Part shown: in pieces, positions 36,385-49,634 of the stretch
How positions within the stretch are numbered: position 1 is the stretch's first letter
How the letters are laid out: each line of letters starts with the position of its first letter
Assembly (NCBI GenBank): GCA_964188305.1
Contig: OZ076894.1
Reading direction: 5' to 3' (one strand)
Source of the DNA: Podarcis bocagei
Lineage: Eukaryota
DNA length: 64,000 bases
Notes under the pieces: generated by a model
The model's database searches: none
What the model was told of the DNA's origin: nothing
The model's input: only the letters and a program-made list of their open reading frames with translations
Translations under genes and position numbers: made by a program

Positions 36385-39300
36385 GAATGTTGCTCTAACT
36401 TAGGTCTAGTTGTCTTAAATGGCATCAGAAAGAATAAAAATTCCCTAGACAGTACCACTCCAGTCTACAGATGGGAGTCCATTTGAATGAATGCTCCTCC
36501 ATACAAATAATCTTCTTGCCACTTGGAAAAGTAGCATGTTAGTTTTCTGCATGTAGGAACACTTTAATTTATTTTTTGTGACGAAGCATTCCATAACATG
36601 GCCCTTCACCTGGACTCTGAAATAGTACCGTCCCCTCCAGTCACAGGTTTCCCTTGAGCTGTTCATGAGAACTAGGCTTAATTCTTCAAGAGTATCCTGA
36701 ATAAGCTTCTGGATCTACTGCATTGTGTATATGTGTGTACACTAGGCTCTGAAAAGCCATATCTTTGTCTGTAAGTACACTCTCAGAAGATTATAGGCTT
36801 ATAGTCATAAATGATTGCTGTGGATTATAGAGTGTTAACTTCATGATGATCAGAGGTTTAGGATTTAGGATATGGAATCCTCTATTTTTCCCCTACTGAT
36901 TCATAGTCCATGTGAGTACCTGAATGAGTCTGTATCTATTTGCGTTTTTTCTCAATAAATTGCACTTTTGCTGTCACTGTAATTTAAAATAATTTATACC
37001 TACCCATATTAGTTCAACATTCACTTTAGGAGTTCCATTATTGTGCCATTTCATTACATACGTTGCAGAAACACAACCACATAAACAATACCACACTGTA
37101 GAGGTGTTCCTATTAGATTTTCAGGAAGTTTTAGTCACACTCCATTCCCCCCACACCACAATTCTGTCAGGAGCATCAGGGCACTGCCTGACTTTTGGGT
37201 GAGACTATAGAGCCTACAAAAAGAAGACAACTGGCTGGAGAATCCTCTTGGGTTCCAGCAGAGTTTCCAGCTCATTGTGTCTTCTTAGCATGGCCAAGGT
37301 CAGCCCATTATATTTTTCTACCTCAAGAAAAATACAAAATGGCACCTTGCCTCACTTCCATATTCAGAAACCAATTGTGTTGGCAGACAAATCATAGCTT
37401 AGGTCAACAGGGACTTCCACCACACCAGAGGGCAGCAAGCTAGTACTACATTCAAAATCTTCAAGCCATCAAGAAGTGCTCAGAAGACCCAATTTCCTCC
37501 ACCGCCTGCTATTCTATCCCCATCCCTAAGATGAAAAGACTCACTAGAGGATCCAGGACCAGATAGCAGATCACACCAGGCCTCTCTTCATTCTCCTGAC
37601 TGTTTGTGGAGTGAAGATGCTTCCAGAATAGTGATGATAGCAGCATCTTTTTCTGTTGGGGTCATGGGAGATTAAATACAATCTCCATGATCCTCAAGGG
37701 AGAATGAAATTGGCATTCAGTTTATAAGTAGTCAGGGGAAGGATGAAGAAGGCAAAATACACAGCAGCTTTGAATTCAGGCACATCCAACAAAACAGACA
37801 TTTCTGGCACTCTTCAAATGTTATAAGTAGGCATATACTTTTGGGTGAGGAGAAGTAAAAAGTGAGGTGTGTTTAATCACATCCATTGCTGTGGCTACAT
37901 TTGCCTCTTGCCCTTTCCATTATTGCCACATGGACCCAGAAGGTGACCCAGGAGAGAATGTGAACCTCAGGATGAAAATGGTTCCCCACCCCTGAGTTTA
38001 AATTAAGAAGATAAGGGTTGAGAACAACTCTCCTGTCAGAGAAATAGAACAGCTGCTACCAGCCAGAGTGAACAATATTATACTAGATGGACTTAAGGCA
38101 CATTCCTATATTCCTCGGTCCCTTTTCCTTGCACAAGCCCAGGCCAGTGCTCAATTGCACAGGAAAAGCATGGCTATGGGATTCTGTTTCCTGAACATTT
38201 CTTAATAATCTTGCCTGCTGCTTTGGACTAGCTTTGTAGAATGCCATTGTGCTTTTTATTGTAGTGTGTGTTTCTCTATTTCACAAAGAATTTGTTAGAG
38301 GATGTTCTCATTGACCTGGAAGACCTAATGCTGGAGAGATTGCATGCTCTCTCTTTCTCTCTTGCTGTTCAAAATGTCCAGTTTAAGCAAGATTAAATCG
38401 TATTAGAGAGGTACAACATTGGCTAACTGGAGGACCCCATAGGCTGATGTTGTGCAAAGGGGTCTGAACATAAAGCTTGCAGCATTTATTTAATCACCTG
38501 TAAAAGAGAAGAATATCATTTTTAAATCTGTGTGCTAATGGAGTGTATAAATGTAAATACAAAGCTATTACTCACCTATACAACTCCTTTTTCATGTGTC
38601 TCAAATTGTATTGATTGCGTTAAGAAAATGAATGGTTGTTCCTTACAAGCACATCTATTCATGTCTGCTAGAGTTCAAATCTTTCCTTTTTTCAGTCTTA
38701 AATTGCTACTTTCTCTGCAACTTGTACCCAGATTTATTTGTCCCCTCCCAGGGAGGTCTCAGAGTGGACATTGATATACCTATACAATCTCATGTAACTG
38801 AATCAGTTGCAAAGCTTGAATTCCAAGCTGTAAAGATGCATTAGCAGCTTTTGCATAATTGCTAAGGGGAACTGGTTTTAATTTTTGTTCTGATTTTATT
38901 TAAACTTTTTGACTATGTTTGTGAGCTTTCCTTCTCATTCGTGGTTTGTCCTGCGTTTTCATTTTGCCTTTTCTGAATGCTGTGCTATAGTTCTTAGAAC
39001 ATATAACGACACACATGTTTAACACTATTTTGAGAGAAAATATGCATCAAAATGCAAATATTCTTATAAAAGAAATAATTTGATTTGGTTATGGTAATTT
39101 ATTCTGGATGTTCTGATTTTATAGCTTTATTATTTTATATTTATGACGTTTTAATTACTCTACTTTACATCACCTTTATATTTTTTAATAAATAGGCAAA
39201 CTTATAAATACTCCTATAAAACAAGAAAGAAAAGGACATATTTACAAGCATATTTAAATATGCATTTTAACATTATTATTTTTAAATCAGAGATTCATGC

Positions 39301-39727
39301 AGAAAAAGCAAGGAACAAAATTATGAATAAAAACATGAATATAAGAAGAGCCATCTAATCCAGCATCCTGTTCTCACAGTGGCCAACCAGATGTCCATGG
39401 GGAAACTGTAAGCAGGACCTGAGAGCAGGCGCATTCTCCTTCCTTCTGGTGTCCAGCAGCTGGTATTCAGAATAACTCTGCTTCTAACCACATAACCTCC
39501 ATTGTGGCATAAGAACATGAGCAAGTCACATGGACTAGAAATAGACAATATGTATGTCTCTTCTTGAATGGAGATAAGCATGCTGTCACTGCCATCCAGA
39601 TGCGAAATCAAATGAGCATCATAGGAATATAGGAAGCTGTGTTACACCGAATCAGACCATCAGTCATCTAGCACAGGATTGTCAACAATGATGGGCAATG
39701 GCTCTCCAGAGTATCAGGCAAGGGTCT

Positions 39728-40325
39728 GCAGCATTAGCTACCCCTTCTAGTTTGGCATAATCTGCAAAGTCAATGGACATCCCTTCAATTCCTTCATCCA
39801 AGTAATTTATAAAGACACTGAACAACAACAGACCCAGGAGAGAACTCTGTGGCATCCCACTTGTCGCTTTTCCCAGGATGATGAGGAACCATTAATGAGT
39901 ACACTTTGGATTCAGTCAGTCAACTATCTACAAATCCACCTAACAGTTACCTGGTTCAACCCACATTGTACCAGCTTCTCCACAATAATATCATGGGGGA
40001 CTTTGTCAAAAGCCTTACTGAAATCAAGATACACTACACCCACAGCGTTCTCCTGAGCCACAGAGATTGTAACTCTATCAAAAAAAGAAATGAGGTAAGT
40101 CTGGCATGACTTGTTTTTGAGAAACCCATCTTAGCGATCACAACACTTTTCTAAGTGTTCACAGACCAACCATTTAATTATCTGTTCTAGCACCTTTTTC
40201 TGGTATTGATGTCAAGCTGACCGGTTGGTAGTTACTTGTGTCTTTCCCCCCACCTCACATTTTGAAGAAGGGGACAACATTTGCCCACCTCCAGTCTTCA
40301 GGGACCTAACTAGTTCTCCAAGAAG
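39728..40325 (-). mobile_element. Old CR1 ORF2 reverse-transcriptase fragment
   Basis: Minus frames give NAVGVVYLDFSKAFDKVP and FINYLDEGIEGMSIDFADYAKLEG (decayed FADDTKL). Confidence 0.88.
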
Positions 40326-41124
40326 GATCATAGGCTCATTTTGCATTCAAATCACATACTCTACCATTGAGCTCCTATCCACCAGAGGAAAGAATCAACA
40401 ACTTTTCCAAGTGACAGTCCCACAATGAACCTTTCTTGCAGTTACAGCCCCCACCCAATCAACTGTAACATATTTCAGCATGTCAGGAAGAACAATTCAC
40501 AGATAACCTTATTCAAACTATTTATTTAAATATAAATATGTCCACATGGGGACATATTGAGTGTAGGTCATACTAAAGAAGTGACGATCTAAATATGGGA
40601 GCAATAATCAGTGTTTGGCTGTCAGTGGGCTTCAGCTACAGATCTAGCTGTTATTTGAAGAAAGATTTGCAGGGTTAGAAGTGGCTTAATGAAATCTTTA
40701 AACTGCTCAGTTCAGAATCCTCAGCAGTTAATGAGACACACACACTTGAATTCCAAGTGAATCCTGAGGGAGCCTAAGCAGCTATCATATATTTATTTTC
40801 ATAGAGCAATTTGTGTAAGGTTTCCATAAGGTCAAAAATGAAATAATATATGTCAACCTTCATCAACCTGGTATCCTCCACCTATTTTGGACTACAAATC
40901 CCATCACCTCCAGCCAACACTGCCAACACTTCCAAGGAAGCCCCTTTTAAATTCCAACACAGTACATAATGGAGCTGATAGATCCAAAATGGACTCCAAC
41001 AAGCTTATCCTGCCCTCCCTCCCATAGAAAAGCTGTCTCCTTCCACCTGCTTTTGCTACTTGTTTTTTTCTGCAGTGATGGTGCACCTCATCCTTTTATT
41101 AAAGGAGAGGAGTAGGTTAGCTTT

Positions 41125-41478
41125 GGGACATGGGTGGCGCTGTGGGTTAAACCACGGAGCCTAGGGCTTGCTGATCAGAAGGTCGGCGGTTTGAATCCCT
41201 GCGACGGGGTGAGCTCCCGTTGCTCAGTCCCTGCTCCTGCCAACCTAGCAGTTCGAAACCACATCAAAGTGCAAGTAGATAAATAGGTACCGCTCCGGCG
41301 GGAAGGTGAATGGCGTTTCTGTGCGCTGATCTGGTTTGCCAGAAGCGGCTTAGTCATGCTGGCCACATGACCCGGGAGCTGTACGCCGGCTCCGTCGGCC
41401 AGTAAAGTGAGATGAGCGCCGCAACCAGAGTCGGTCACGACTGGACCTAATGGTCAGGGGTCCCTTTACCTTTACCTT
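41125..41478 (+). mobile_element. Sauria SINE, full length
   Basis: GGGACATGGGTGGCGCTG head, (ACCTTT)n tail, TSD TAGG(TT/CC)AGCTTT. Confidence 0.93.
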
Positions 41479-42142
41479 TAGGCCAGCTTTACAATGGCGA
41501 GATAATCTCCCCACTACACCATGGCGATCATGCAGCCTTCCATTACATGTCAGTGTGCACGTGTACAGAAGTCGACTGGCAATATTAACCTAGCAAGAAC
41601 TTAGCATGTATACAATACTGTATAATATTTTAAATGATTCATACAGTTACATGCTACCAAAATCTCCAAGTGGTGAGAGACTCCAGAGGTTCCAGCACTT
41701 ACCAAGTTTCCTTGGAATGGAAGGTAAGTGAAGACTGTGGAGCCTTTAGGGTATTTAATTTTATTTACACACACATAGAGTATATAACCTGAGAATATGA
41801 TGGAGGGCGTCACAGCATTAACACCCCCAAAAGATCTTGCTTTCCCATCAGTCTCAGCTTTGGACCCAGTACAGAGCAAGCATGTCTCTGTGTCTCCATC
41901 TTCCAGCCTGTTTCTAGCTCAGCTCTCACACACTACTCTGGCTATTGTTCTCCGACCTACATAGTAGCTGGGTGCAATGGGTGGAGGAAAGGCGCATCCA
42001 TTAGCCTGATGGAGCGCACCATCACTTAGTCTTGTAACCTAGCTCATTCTTTTGGGATGCCATGAGGGTACTAAAGTAACCAGCTAAGGTCACTATCTTA
42101 CAAAGAAACCTGTCAGGCCAGTTTAGCAACTTTCTCTAACCT

Positions 42143-42767
42143 TAGAATCATAGAATCATAGAATCATAGAGTTGGAAGAGACCACAAGGGCCATCGAGTC
42201 TAACCTCCTGCCAAGCAGGAAACACCATCAGAGCACTCCTGACATATGGTTGTCAAGCCTCTGCTTAAAGACCTCCAAAGAAGGAGACTCCACCACACTC
42301 CTTGGCAGCAAATTCCACTGTCGAACAGCTCTTACTGTCAGGAAGTTCTTCCTACTGTTTAGGTGGAATCTTCTTTCTTGTAGTTTGGATCCATTGCTCC
42401 GTGTCCGCTTCTCTGGAGCAGCAGAAAACAACCTTTCTCCCTCCTCTATGTGACATCCTTTTATATATTTGAACATGGCTATCATATCACCCCTTAACCT
42501 CCTCTTCTCCAGGCTAAACATGCCCAGCTCCCTTAGCCGTTCCTCATAAGGCATCGTTTCCAGGCCTTTGACCATTTTGGTTGCCCTCCTCTGGACACGT
42601 TCCAGTTTGTCAGTGTCCTTCTTGAATTGTGGTGCCCAGAACTGGACACAGTACTCCAGGTGAGGTCTGACCAGAGCAGAATACAGTGGCACTATTACTT
42701 CCCTTGATCTAGATGCTATACTCCTATTGATGCAGCCCAGAATTGCATTGGCTTTTTTAGCTGCCGC
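42143..42767 (-). mobile_element. Young CR1 LINE 3' end
   Basis: Nearly identical to 24405-25094; (CATAGAAT)n on the plus strand; ORF2 end open. Confidence 0.96.
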
Positions 42768-42808
42768 TAAAAAGTTCACTGAGTACAGGAACTCAAAACT
42801 GGAAGGTA

Positions 42809-43059
42809 CAGTCATACCTCGGGTTGAATAGCTTCGAGATGAACATTTTTGGGTTGCGCTCTGCGGCAACCCGGAAGTAACCGAGCACGTTACTTCCGGG
42901 TTTCGCCGCTCGTGCATGCACAGATGCTCAAAATGATGTCGCGCACATGCACGGAAGCGGCGAATTGCGACCCGCGCACATGCAGACGCATGGAGCATTC
43001 GCTTCAGGATGTGAACAGGGCTCCGGAATGGATTCTGTTCACATCCAGAGGTACCACTG
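42809..43059. mobile_element. Tigger-like MITE, CpG-rich
   Basis: CAGTCATACCTC / GAGGTACCACTG with TA flanks; internal palindrome CCGGAAGTAAC...GTTACTTCCGG. Confidence 0.85.
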
Positions 43060-43254
43060 TATCAGCCAGAAGGACCCCTCCTCCCAAAAAAATCATAACA
43101 ATATACACTGCAGCAAACCTTTCGAGACCTTCTGGAAGGTAAATCAGTACTATTGTCTCCTTTAAAGTGATGGTGGGTCTGAGAATCAAGGATGACAGCT
43201 TGCCTACGGTTGCCTAATGAGCTTATGGTATTTCTGGGCTTATAGCAGTGTGAA

Positions 43255-43625
43255 CAGAAGAAGAGCTCTGCTGGATCAGGCCAAAGGCCCATCTAGTCCA
43301 GCTGTTCTCACAGTGGTCAAGCAGATGCCTATGGACAGTCCACAAACAGGACCTGGGCACAACAGCAATTATTAATTCCAGTCAGTCAGGATCCAGAAGA
43401 ATATTGCCTCCAGCACAAAGGCTTCTACCATGGTTCACCGACCCCCAAATCCTCTTTTAAAGCTACCCAGGTTGGTAGCCAACAATATCAAGTTGGAGCA
43501 AATTCCATAGTTTAACTATGCACTGTGTGAAGATTTGCTTTCTTTTATCTGTTCTGAAGCTTCCAGGAGTCAGCTTCATTTTTATGTCCCTGGGTCCTAG
43601 TAATATGAGAGAAGGAAGAAAACTT
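43255..43625 (-). mobile_element. Older CR1 3' end fragment
   Basis: Minus frame MKLTPGSFRTDKRKQIFTQCIVKLWNLL (CR1 ORF2 end) followed by the 3' UTR. Confidence 0.8.
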
Positions 43626-44049
43626 TCCAGTGCACTACTGGTGCTGCCTCTGAGCGTGCAGGAATGTAGTGCTAATAAAAGCACTTTTATCATCTTGAAT
43701 GACTCTCCAGGTATCATGTTAGCAGCCTCCACTTTAAAAGAAAATAAGATTAGATTAATCTCCTATCCTTTAAGGAGGAAAACATTTTATCTCTAAAACA
43801 GAGAAGACTAAAGAGAGAGGTTGTGCATTTCATTTGTCTTGAAAAGTAAATTATACCCAAGCTTTTTAATAGGCCTTGTGGATAGCTATATTAACGACTA
43901 CTAAGAAATAAATTATGAATAAAAATGCAATTACATGTTACATTTCTGCTTCAATAAGGGACAATAAAAAGGCTAGTGAAGAACCAAGTGACATTAAGAA
44001 TAAACAAAGCAGTCCAGCCCCATAAGTCTGTTCCTACATTCATCTGCAT

Positions 44050-44297
44050 TATATAAATATGACTGCACAAAAGTTACAATTCTCAGAGGATAATAGTATT
44101 TTGAATTACATGCCTACAATATGGAGTTTGACAATAGGACAAGGTAAATGGATTCTTTATGCCCTTACTATGACCCAAAGACTGATATTGCTGCACTGGA
44201 AAGATAAATGTGCAGCTTCATTTGATCTATGGATTGAAGACATGACTACACTTGCCACTTATGAGCAGATTGCTTATAAACGTGGACTTTACATGGA

Positions 44298-44332
<35 letters not shown>

Positions 44333-44470
44333 TTGGGTAATAACAGCAACTATATATTAGATAAGTACACTGATAGTTCATGCTTATAGGGACATAGTAT
44401 ACCTTTCTTTTCTTTTTTTACATTTTTACTTTTACTTTTTTATTCCATGAAGTGTTGCTTTAAAAATACT
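44050..44470 (+). mobile_element. Old L1-clade 3' fragment with an internal (GT)n
   Basis: YALTMTQRLILLHWKD..FDLWIEDM..LATYE resembles YATTAARILITKHWK..LEEW..LAE; T-rich UTR; ends approximate. Confidence 0.55.
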
Positions 44471-45494
44471 ATCGTTATTTTTTAAAATGTGGGCTCACTA
44501 TATATGCCTACTTAACTAGTTGGACTTGCAGAACTGCAATTGTTACAGGTGCTACATGATACTCGGTCAATACATGTAAGAAATGGATCGTTAATGTGGC
44601 AGTTCCTACACACTTTGCAACTCTGCCTAGTGACATCAGAAAGATGCCTTCATGGTACTGTTTTCAGTGCCTGCTTATAACATTTTTCTTTCAGCAAGCC
44701 CATCCAGGCATGCAGATGTTACATGTGTTTCAATCTCTTTTTGCTTTCTGTTGATTAACTTTTGAATGTTTTTAAATACCTGTTTTTAAGTTTCCTTTGT
44801 GGGTGTGTGGGTGTGGATAAACTGCTTATAAGTTTTATCGCAATCAAGCAGTGTACAAATGCTGTGAAATAATAATCACAATGATTATTATTATTAAAAT
44901 CCTCATAAAATGCAATTAAATGCAACTTTTTAAAGCATATTTTCCTCAAGATGTGCATTTTGTAACATGTTGATACGTTTTCTGCACCAAGAACTGCAAA
45001 AGCCAGACAATAACTAAAATCCAATCCACCCATCAGTCTAAAAGAGGTGCAGGTCAACTCACTTCCACTTGGAATTCGCAAAAAAAAAAACCCCGAATCT
45101 GTCTCGAGCATCCCTGAGCAACATAACCCTTGCTGCAGAAATGGTTTCCAAAGCGCATTTCTTATTAAATGTCTGAGTACACCCAATATACTCTAAGCTG
45201 TTTCCACTAGCTGGGTTGATTTGAAAGAGAGAGAGAAATATATCCCAAGATGTAACTATAACAACAAAGCATATTTTAATTTCGATGCTATTATGAAGAA
45301 CAAGCATTTGTCTGATCAGCAGTGACAGCTGAAGAAAACATTATGTTACAGTGAAGAAATGTTTTTCCAGGCCATCAACTGGAGCATAATGTTAAATTCC
45401 ATTTTTAAGAGAAAAAGTGCACACACTAAGGGTTTTTCCTTTTGTAGCCACCTCGGACATAACATTTATAACTGTTTAGTAAATACGTTCATTT

Positions 45495-45657
45495 TTGGAA
45501 CCCCCTCCCATCAGATGTCAAGGAAATAAACAACTACCTGACTTTTAGAAAACATCTGAAGGCAGCCCTGTTTAATGTTTGATGTTTTATAGTGTCTTTA
45601 ATATTCTATTGGGAGCCGCCCAGATGGGTGGGTATAAATATTATTATCATTATTATC
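45495..45657 (+). mobile_element. L2 3' tail fragment
   Basis: CTCCCATCAGATGTCAAGGAAATAA...CATCTGAAGGCAGCCCTGTTT...GGGTATAAAT followed by a TTA-type repeat. Confidence 0.8.
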
Positions 45658-46413
45658 AACAAGGCTGTACAAAACCCTCTTTCCACTTTTTTTGGGGGGG
45701 GCACACATGGAAGGTGGGAGAGAAATCCTGGGAGATTCTGGGGTTGGGGGGACAGATGTTCTCTAGCTTGAGGCAACCGCATTATTTACTAACTGTTCTG
45801 GTTACTAATTGGTCCAAGGCCTGGTGTCTTCCCTGCTTCATTTTTTAGCTCCCCCACACCAAAAGCTTTTTACTCAGATTTTTATTTTATTTTTTGTACA
45901 CAGCATGTATAGGCCTATACAAATTCAGAAAAGTAGCAAAGAAAAAGCAGTAATACAGGCCCATTTTGTGTGGGGGTTCCATTCCTGGGCCCCCAGTGTG
46001 TCGGCAGAGTGCACCTAATCCCGCTCCATCCCATTACACCCTGCCTTCATTATGCCCTGCTATGCCCCCTGTTATGCCCTCTTTCGGGTCCAAAAGTACT
46101 CAAGCATCAGTGGTCACGCATCAATTGGGCACACACAAGATGGCCGCCGCCTGTACTTCAAGTGAAGGTGCAGCTCAGAGCAGACGACTTGGCATTGTGG
46201 GTGCCACACACTAGGATAATAGGTCTGCTAAAGCCCCTGGATATGTAGTTACATGTTATTGTACTAGTGTTCCTAGGGAATCGGGGCCACCATTTTTTCC
46301 CCATACCAAGCGATAGGTCACCAGGTAGCAAAACTCTGAAGGGTTTTCTGGGCTCATTTCTCAGGAGAGAAATGCCTTCAGCTGCCAAGACACCACTTAA
46401 AATTTGAAAATTG

Positions 46414-46477
46414 GAAGAAGAAGAAGAAGAAGAAGAAGAAGAAGAAGAAGAAGAAGAAGAAGAAGAAGAAGGAAGAA
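46414..46477. repeat. (GAA)n microsatellite
   Basis: Direct reading, about 20 units. Confidence 0.95.
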
Positions 46478-47123
46478 GGCGGCAAAAGGTATACCAGTCC
46501 AACTTGTATTATTTATTAATTCAGTTTCTTTCCCACTTGGAAGGAACAAAGTTGCAAAACAGTTAGCAAGTAATGCAATCACCTTAACTGTAACCCCCAA
46601 ACTAATGTCCATTTCTTCCTCCTGATGTCTTCCCTACCAAACATCCTGAAGATTTCTGCAAAAATGTTTACAGACAAATGGTTTCACAATTAAAAACTCC
46701 TGAGCAGAAAGCATAAAGGTGGAAAGTTAGTTAATTAGTTATTGGCCAAGTTCATATCATTTGAACCATGCTAGGGAAACTTTTATGAACTTTTTATTTA
46801 AGCCAAAGTGAGATTTAATATGCACAAATAATTCCTGGCAATATATTTAAAATGGTAAGGCCCATTCCTCTGGGAAGTTCTGCAACACAACTTTCACTGA
46901 AATGAATGATTTTCCTTTCATTGCAGCAGAGAGGACTTCCCAGAAGATTGTGTCTTAAAATTGCAACTAACTTCCATTGACACATAATTTTAGACTTAAA
47001 AAAAAAAAAAATGCTGACAAGGAATAAACTCTGTTCATTTCATTCTGAAAATCTTCTTTTCATCTCTCCTGCCCCCCTTCCTTGACTCTTTCCTTTGTAA
47101 TGTCTGCATAAAAGCAAGACATT

Positions 47124-49634
47124 ACAAGCAGGCCACACGCTGGATCTGATCTTTGGGGCTGGCATAGATGTGATCATGCTCCCCGCTGTGAAAGTGCCAT
47201 GGTCTGATCACTACGCTTTAAAAGCCAAGATTGACTTCCCGCTCCTCCCCGGCTCGGGTGCCGAGCCTATTTGGGCTCGTCCGCGAAAACTGATGGATCC
47301 TGATAGATTCCGACAAGCCTTGCGGAACCCTGCTCCTCCTGGCGACTCATTAGATGACCTTGTTGAGGACTGGAATAACCGGCTCTTGGCAGCCATTGAT
47401 GAAATCGCGCCTAAGCGCCCTCTGCGACCCCGCCGAAACCGGGCCCCTTGGTTTACTGAGGAGCTCCGGAAAATGAAGCGGGATCTCAGACGGCTAGAGC
47501 GAGTATGGCGACGGACTCATGACGGAGCCTCAAGAACATCTTATAGGACGCTTATGAAAGCCTATGAGATGGCTATGAAAGCTGCTAAGAAATCTTACTT
47601 TGCAGCTTCTATTGCATCCGCTAGCTCTCGCCCGGCACAACTTTTTAGAATAATTAGGTCAATAACGTCCTTAGGAGGACAACCAAATTTAAGCACAAAT
47701 TCGACCCACAGCTGTGAGGCATTCGCGAGCTTTTTTGCGGAGAAAGTCCTGTTGCTCCGCCGTGACCTCCCTGCTAATTTAGATACAGTGACTGAACTGG
47801 AGGCCCCTCGACTGACTTCAGGTCCAGTGTTGGACCATTTCGATCGGATACTCCCTACTGATGTGGATAGATTCCTCCAAGTTGGTAGGCCCACCACCTG
47901 CCTCCTTGATCCGTGCCCATCTTGGCTGATTAGGGAGTGTCCAGATGTTGCGCGGACCCCCCTGGTTGAAATTATCAATTTGTCCCTTGACACGGGGACA
48001 TTCCCAGGGGAACTGAAGGAAGCAGTGGTGCGTCCACTCTTAAAGAAAGCTTCATTAGATCCCTTAGACCTATCCAATTACCGCCCAGTTTCAAATCTTC
48101 CATACCTGGGTAAGGTAATTGAGAGAGCGGTTGCTGAACAGCTTGGTAGGTTTCTGGAGGAAACATCGGCATTAGATCCATTTCAGTCCGGTTTCCGTCC
48201 TGGTTTTGGGACGGAGACGGCTCTGGTTGCCCTAACAGATGATATCCGTAGACAACTGGATCGAGGCGGGTCAGGACTGCTGATCCTTTTAGATTTGTCA
48301 GCAGCCTTTGACATGGTCGATCATGATCTTCTGGACCATCGCCTTGCAGACGTGGGGATACAGGGCATAGCCCGTAACTGGTTGTGCTCTTTTATCTCTG
48401 GTCGGGGACAGAGGGTGGCACTAGGGAGGGAAATGTCGTCACGCCACTCCTTGGTGTGTGGAGTGCCGCAGGGCGCAATTCTCTCCCCAATGCTTTTTAA
48501 CATCTTTATGCGCCCCCTTGCCCAGATTATCCGGAGCTTTGGGCTGGGCTGTCATCAATATGCTGATGACACTCAGCTCTATCTACTGATGGATGGCCAC
48601 ACCAACTCAGCCCCTTACACACTGACCAGATGCTTGGAAGCTGTGGCTGGATGGTTTCGTGGGAGCCGATTGAAACTAAATCCTTCGAAGACAGAGGTCC
48701 TATGGCTAGGTCGGGATAGCATGGGGATGAGGGACCAACTCCCTTCTCTTGCGGGGGCCCAATTAGTGCCATTGCCTTCCGTTAAGAGTTTGGGTGTAAT
48801 CCTTGACGCCTCCCTTTCCATGGAGGCGCAAGTCACAGCAACAGCCAAGGCGACATTTTTCCACCTTCGCCGCATCAAGCAGTTGGTCCCTTACCTTTCC
48901 CGCCCCGACCTGGCCACAGTGATCCATGCGACAGTCATCTCCAGGCTTGACTACTGTAACTCGCTCTACGCGGGGCTGCCCTTGAAGCTGTCCCAGAAAC
49001 TCCAGCGGGTACAGAATGCTGCAGCGAGGCTCCTCACAGCGTCTCTGCCATGGGAGCATATTCATCCAGTGCTTTTCAAGCTGCACTGGCTCCCGGTGGA
49101 GTACAGGGTCAGATTTAAGGTGCTGCTTTTGACCTTTAAAGCCCTTCACGGCCTAGGACCCTCGTACCTACGGGACCGCCTCGCCTGGTATGCCCCACGG
49201 AGAGCCTCAAGGTCCATAAATAACAACACCCTAGTGGTCCCAGGCCCTAAGGAAGTTAGATTGGCTTCAACCAGAGCCAGGGCCTTTTCAGCACTGGCCC
49301 CAACTTGGTGGAACGCTCTGTCTCATGAGACCAGGGCCCTGCAGGATCTGATCTCTTTCCGCAGGGCCTGTAAGACAGAGTTGTTCCACCTGGCCTTTGG
49401 ATTGGAGCCAATTTGATTCCCTCCGCCCCCTTTTTCTTTTTTCTTTTCCTTCTCCTGCAATGAGGCTCCATTTTAATATTTTAATGTTCCATTATTTTAA
49501 TGTTGTATTTTATTTTTGTTTTTAAGTTGTAATCACTCATCTTGTTTTTATTATTGCTTGTAAGCCGCTCTGAGCCCGGCCTTGGCTGGGGAGGGCGGGG
49601 TATAAATAAAAAATTATTATTATTATTATTATTA
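47124..49634 (+). mobile_element. L2 LINE, 5'-truncated within the endonuclease domain, young
   Basis: Continuous ORF2, T-rich 3' UTR, stem-loop-like end GCCGCTCTGAGCCC...GAGGGCGGGGTATAAAT, (TTA)n tail; CpGs retained. Confidence 0.95.
47125..49416 (+). CDS. L2 ORF2 (end of the APE endonuclease plus a complete reverse transcriptase); no native start
   Basis: Frame opens at QAGHTLDLIF..WSDH (APE C-terminus); RT motifs NYRPVSNLP, FQSGFR, LLDLSAAFD, GVPQGAILSP, YADDTQLY; L2-type SRLDYCNSLY and LHWLPV. Confidence 0.92.
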   Translation, partial: QAGHTLDLIFGAGIDVIMLPAVKVPWSDHYALKAKIDFPLLPGSGAEPIWARPRKLMDPDRFRQALRNPAPPGDSLDDLVEDWNNRLLAAIDEIAPKRPLRPRRNRAPWFTEELRKMKRDLRRLERVWRRTHDGASRTSYRTLMKAYEMAMKAAKKSYFAASIASASSRPAQLFRIIRSITSLGGQPNLSTNSTHSCEAFASFFAEKVLLLRRDLPANLDTVTELEAPRLTSGPVLDHFDRILPTDVDRFLQVGRPTTCLLDPCPSWLIRECPDVARTPLVEIINLSLDTGTFPGELKEAVVRPLLKKASLDPLDLSNYRPVSNLPYLGKVIERAVAEQLGRFLEETSALDPFQSGFRPGFGTETALVALTDDIRRQLDRGGSGLLILLDLSAAFDMVDHDLLDHRLADVGIQGIARNWLCSFISGRGQRVALGREMSSRHSLVCGVPQGAILSPMLFNIFMRPLAQIIRSFGLGCHQYADDTQLYLLMDGHTNSAPYTLTRCLEAVAGWFRGSRLKLNPSKTEVLWLGRDSMGMRDQLPSLAGAQLVPLPSVKSLGVILDASLSMEAQVTATAKATFFHLRRIKQLVPYLSRPDLATVIHATVISRLDYCNSLYAGLPLKLSQKLQRVQNAAARLLTASLPWEHIHPVLFKLHWLPVEYRVRFKVLLLTFKALHGLGPSYLRDRLAWYAPRRASRSINNNTLVVPGPKEVRLASTRARAFSALAPTWWNALSHETRALQDLISFRRACKTELFHLAFGLEPI

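Larger units (their letters stand above)
41651..43100 (-). mobile_element. Possible old solo LTR interrupted by CR1 and a MITE
   Basis: Minus-strand TGTTA...TAGCA ends and an AATAAA near the 3' end; no convincing TSD. Confidence 0.3.

Noticed and set aside
42228-42998. 256-aa minus-strand ORF as a gene
   Set aside because: Chance fusion of MITE sequence, a ~40-bp spacer and the CR1 ORF2 end.
46158-46625. Poly-Ser, poly-Arg and poly-Leu ORFs
   Set aside because: Translations of the (GAA)n microsatellite; the same applies to the ORFs over 22372, 23875 and 34398.
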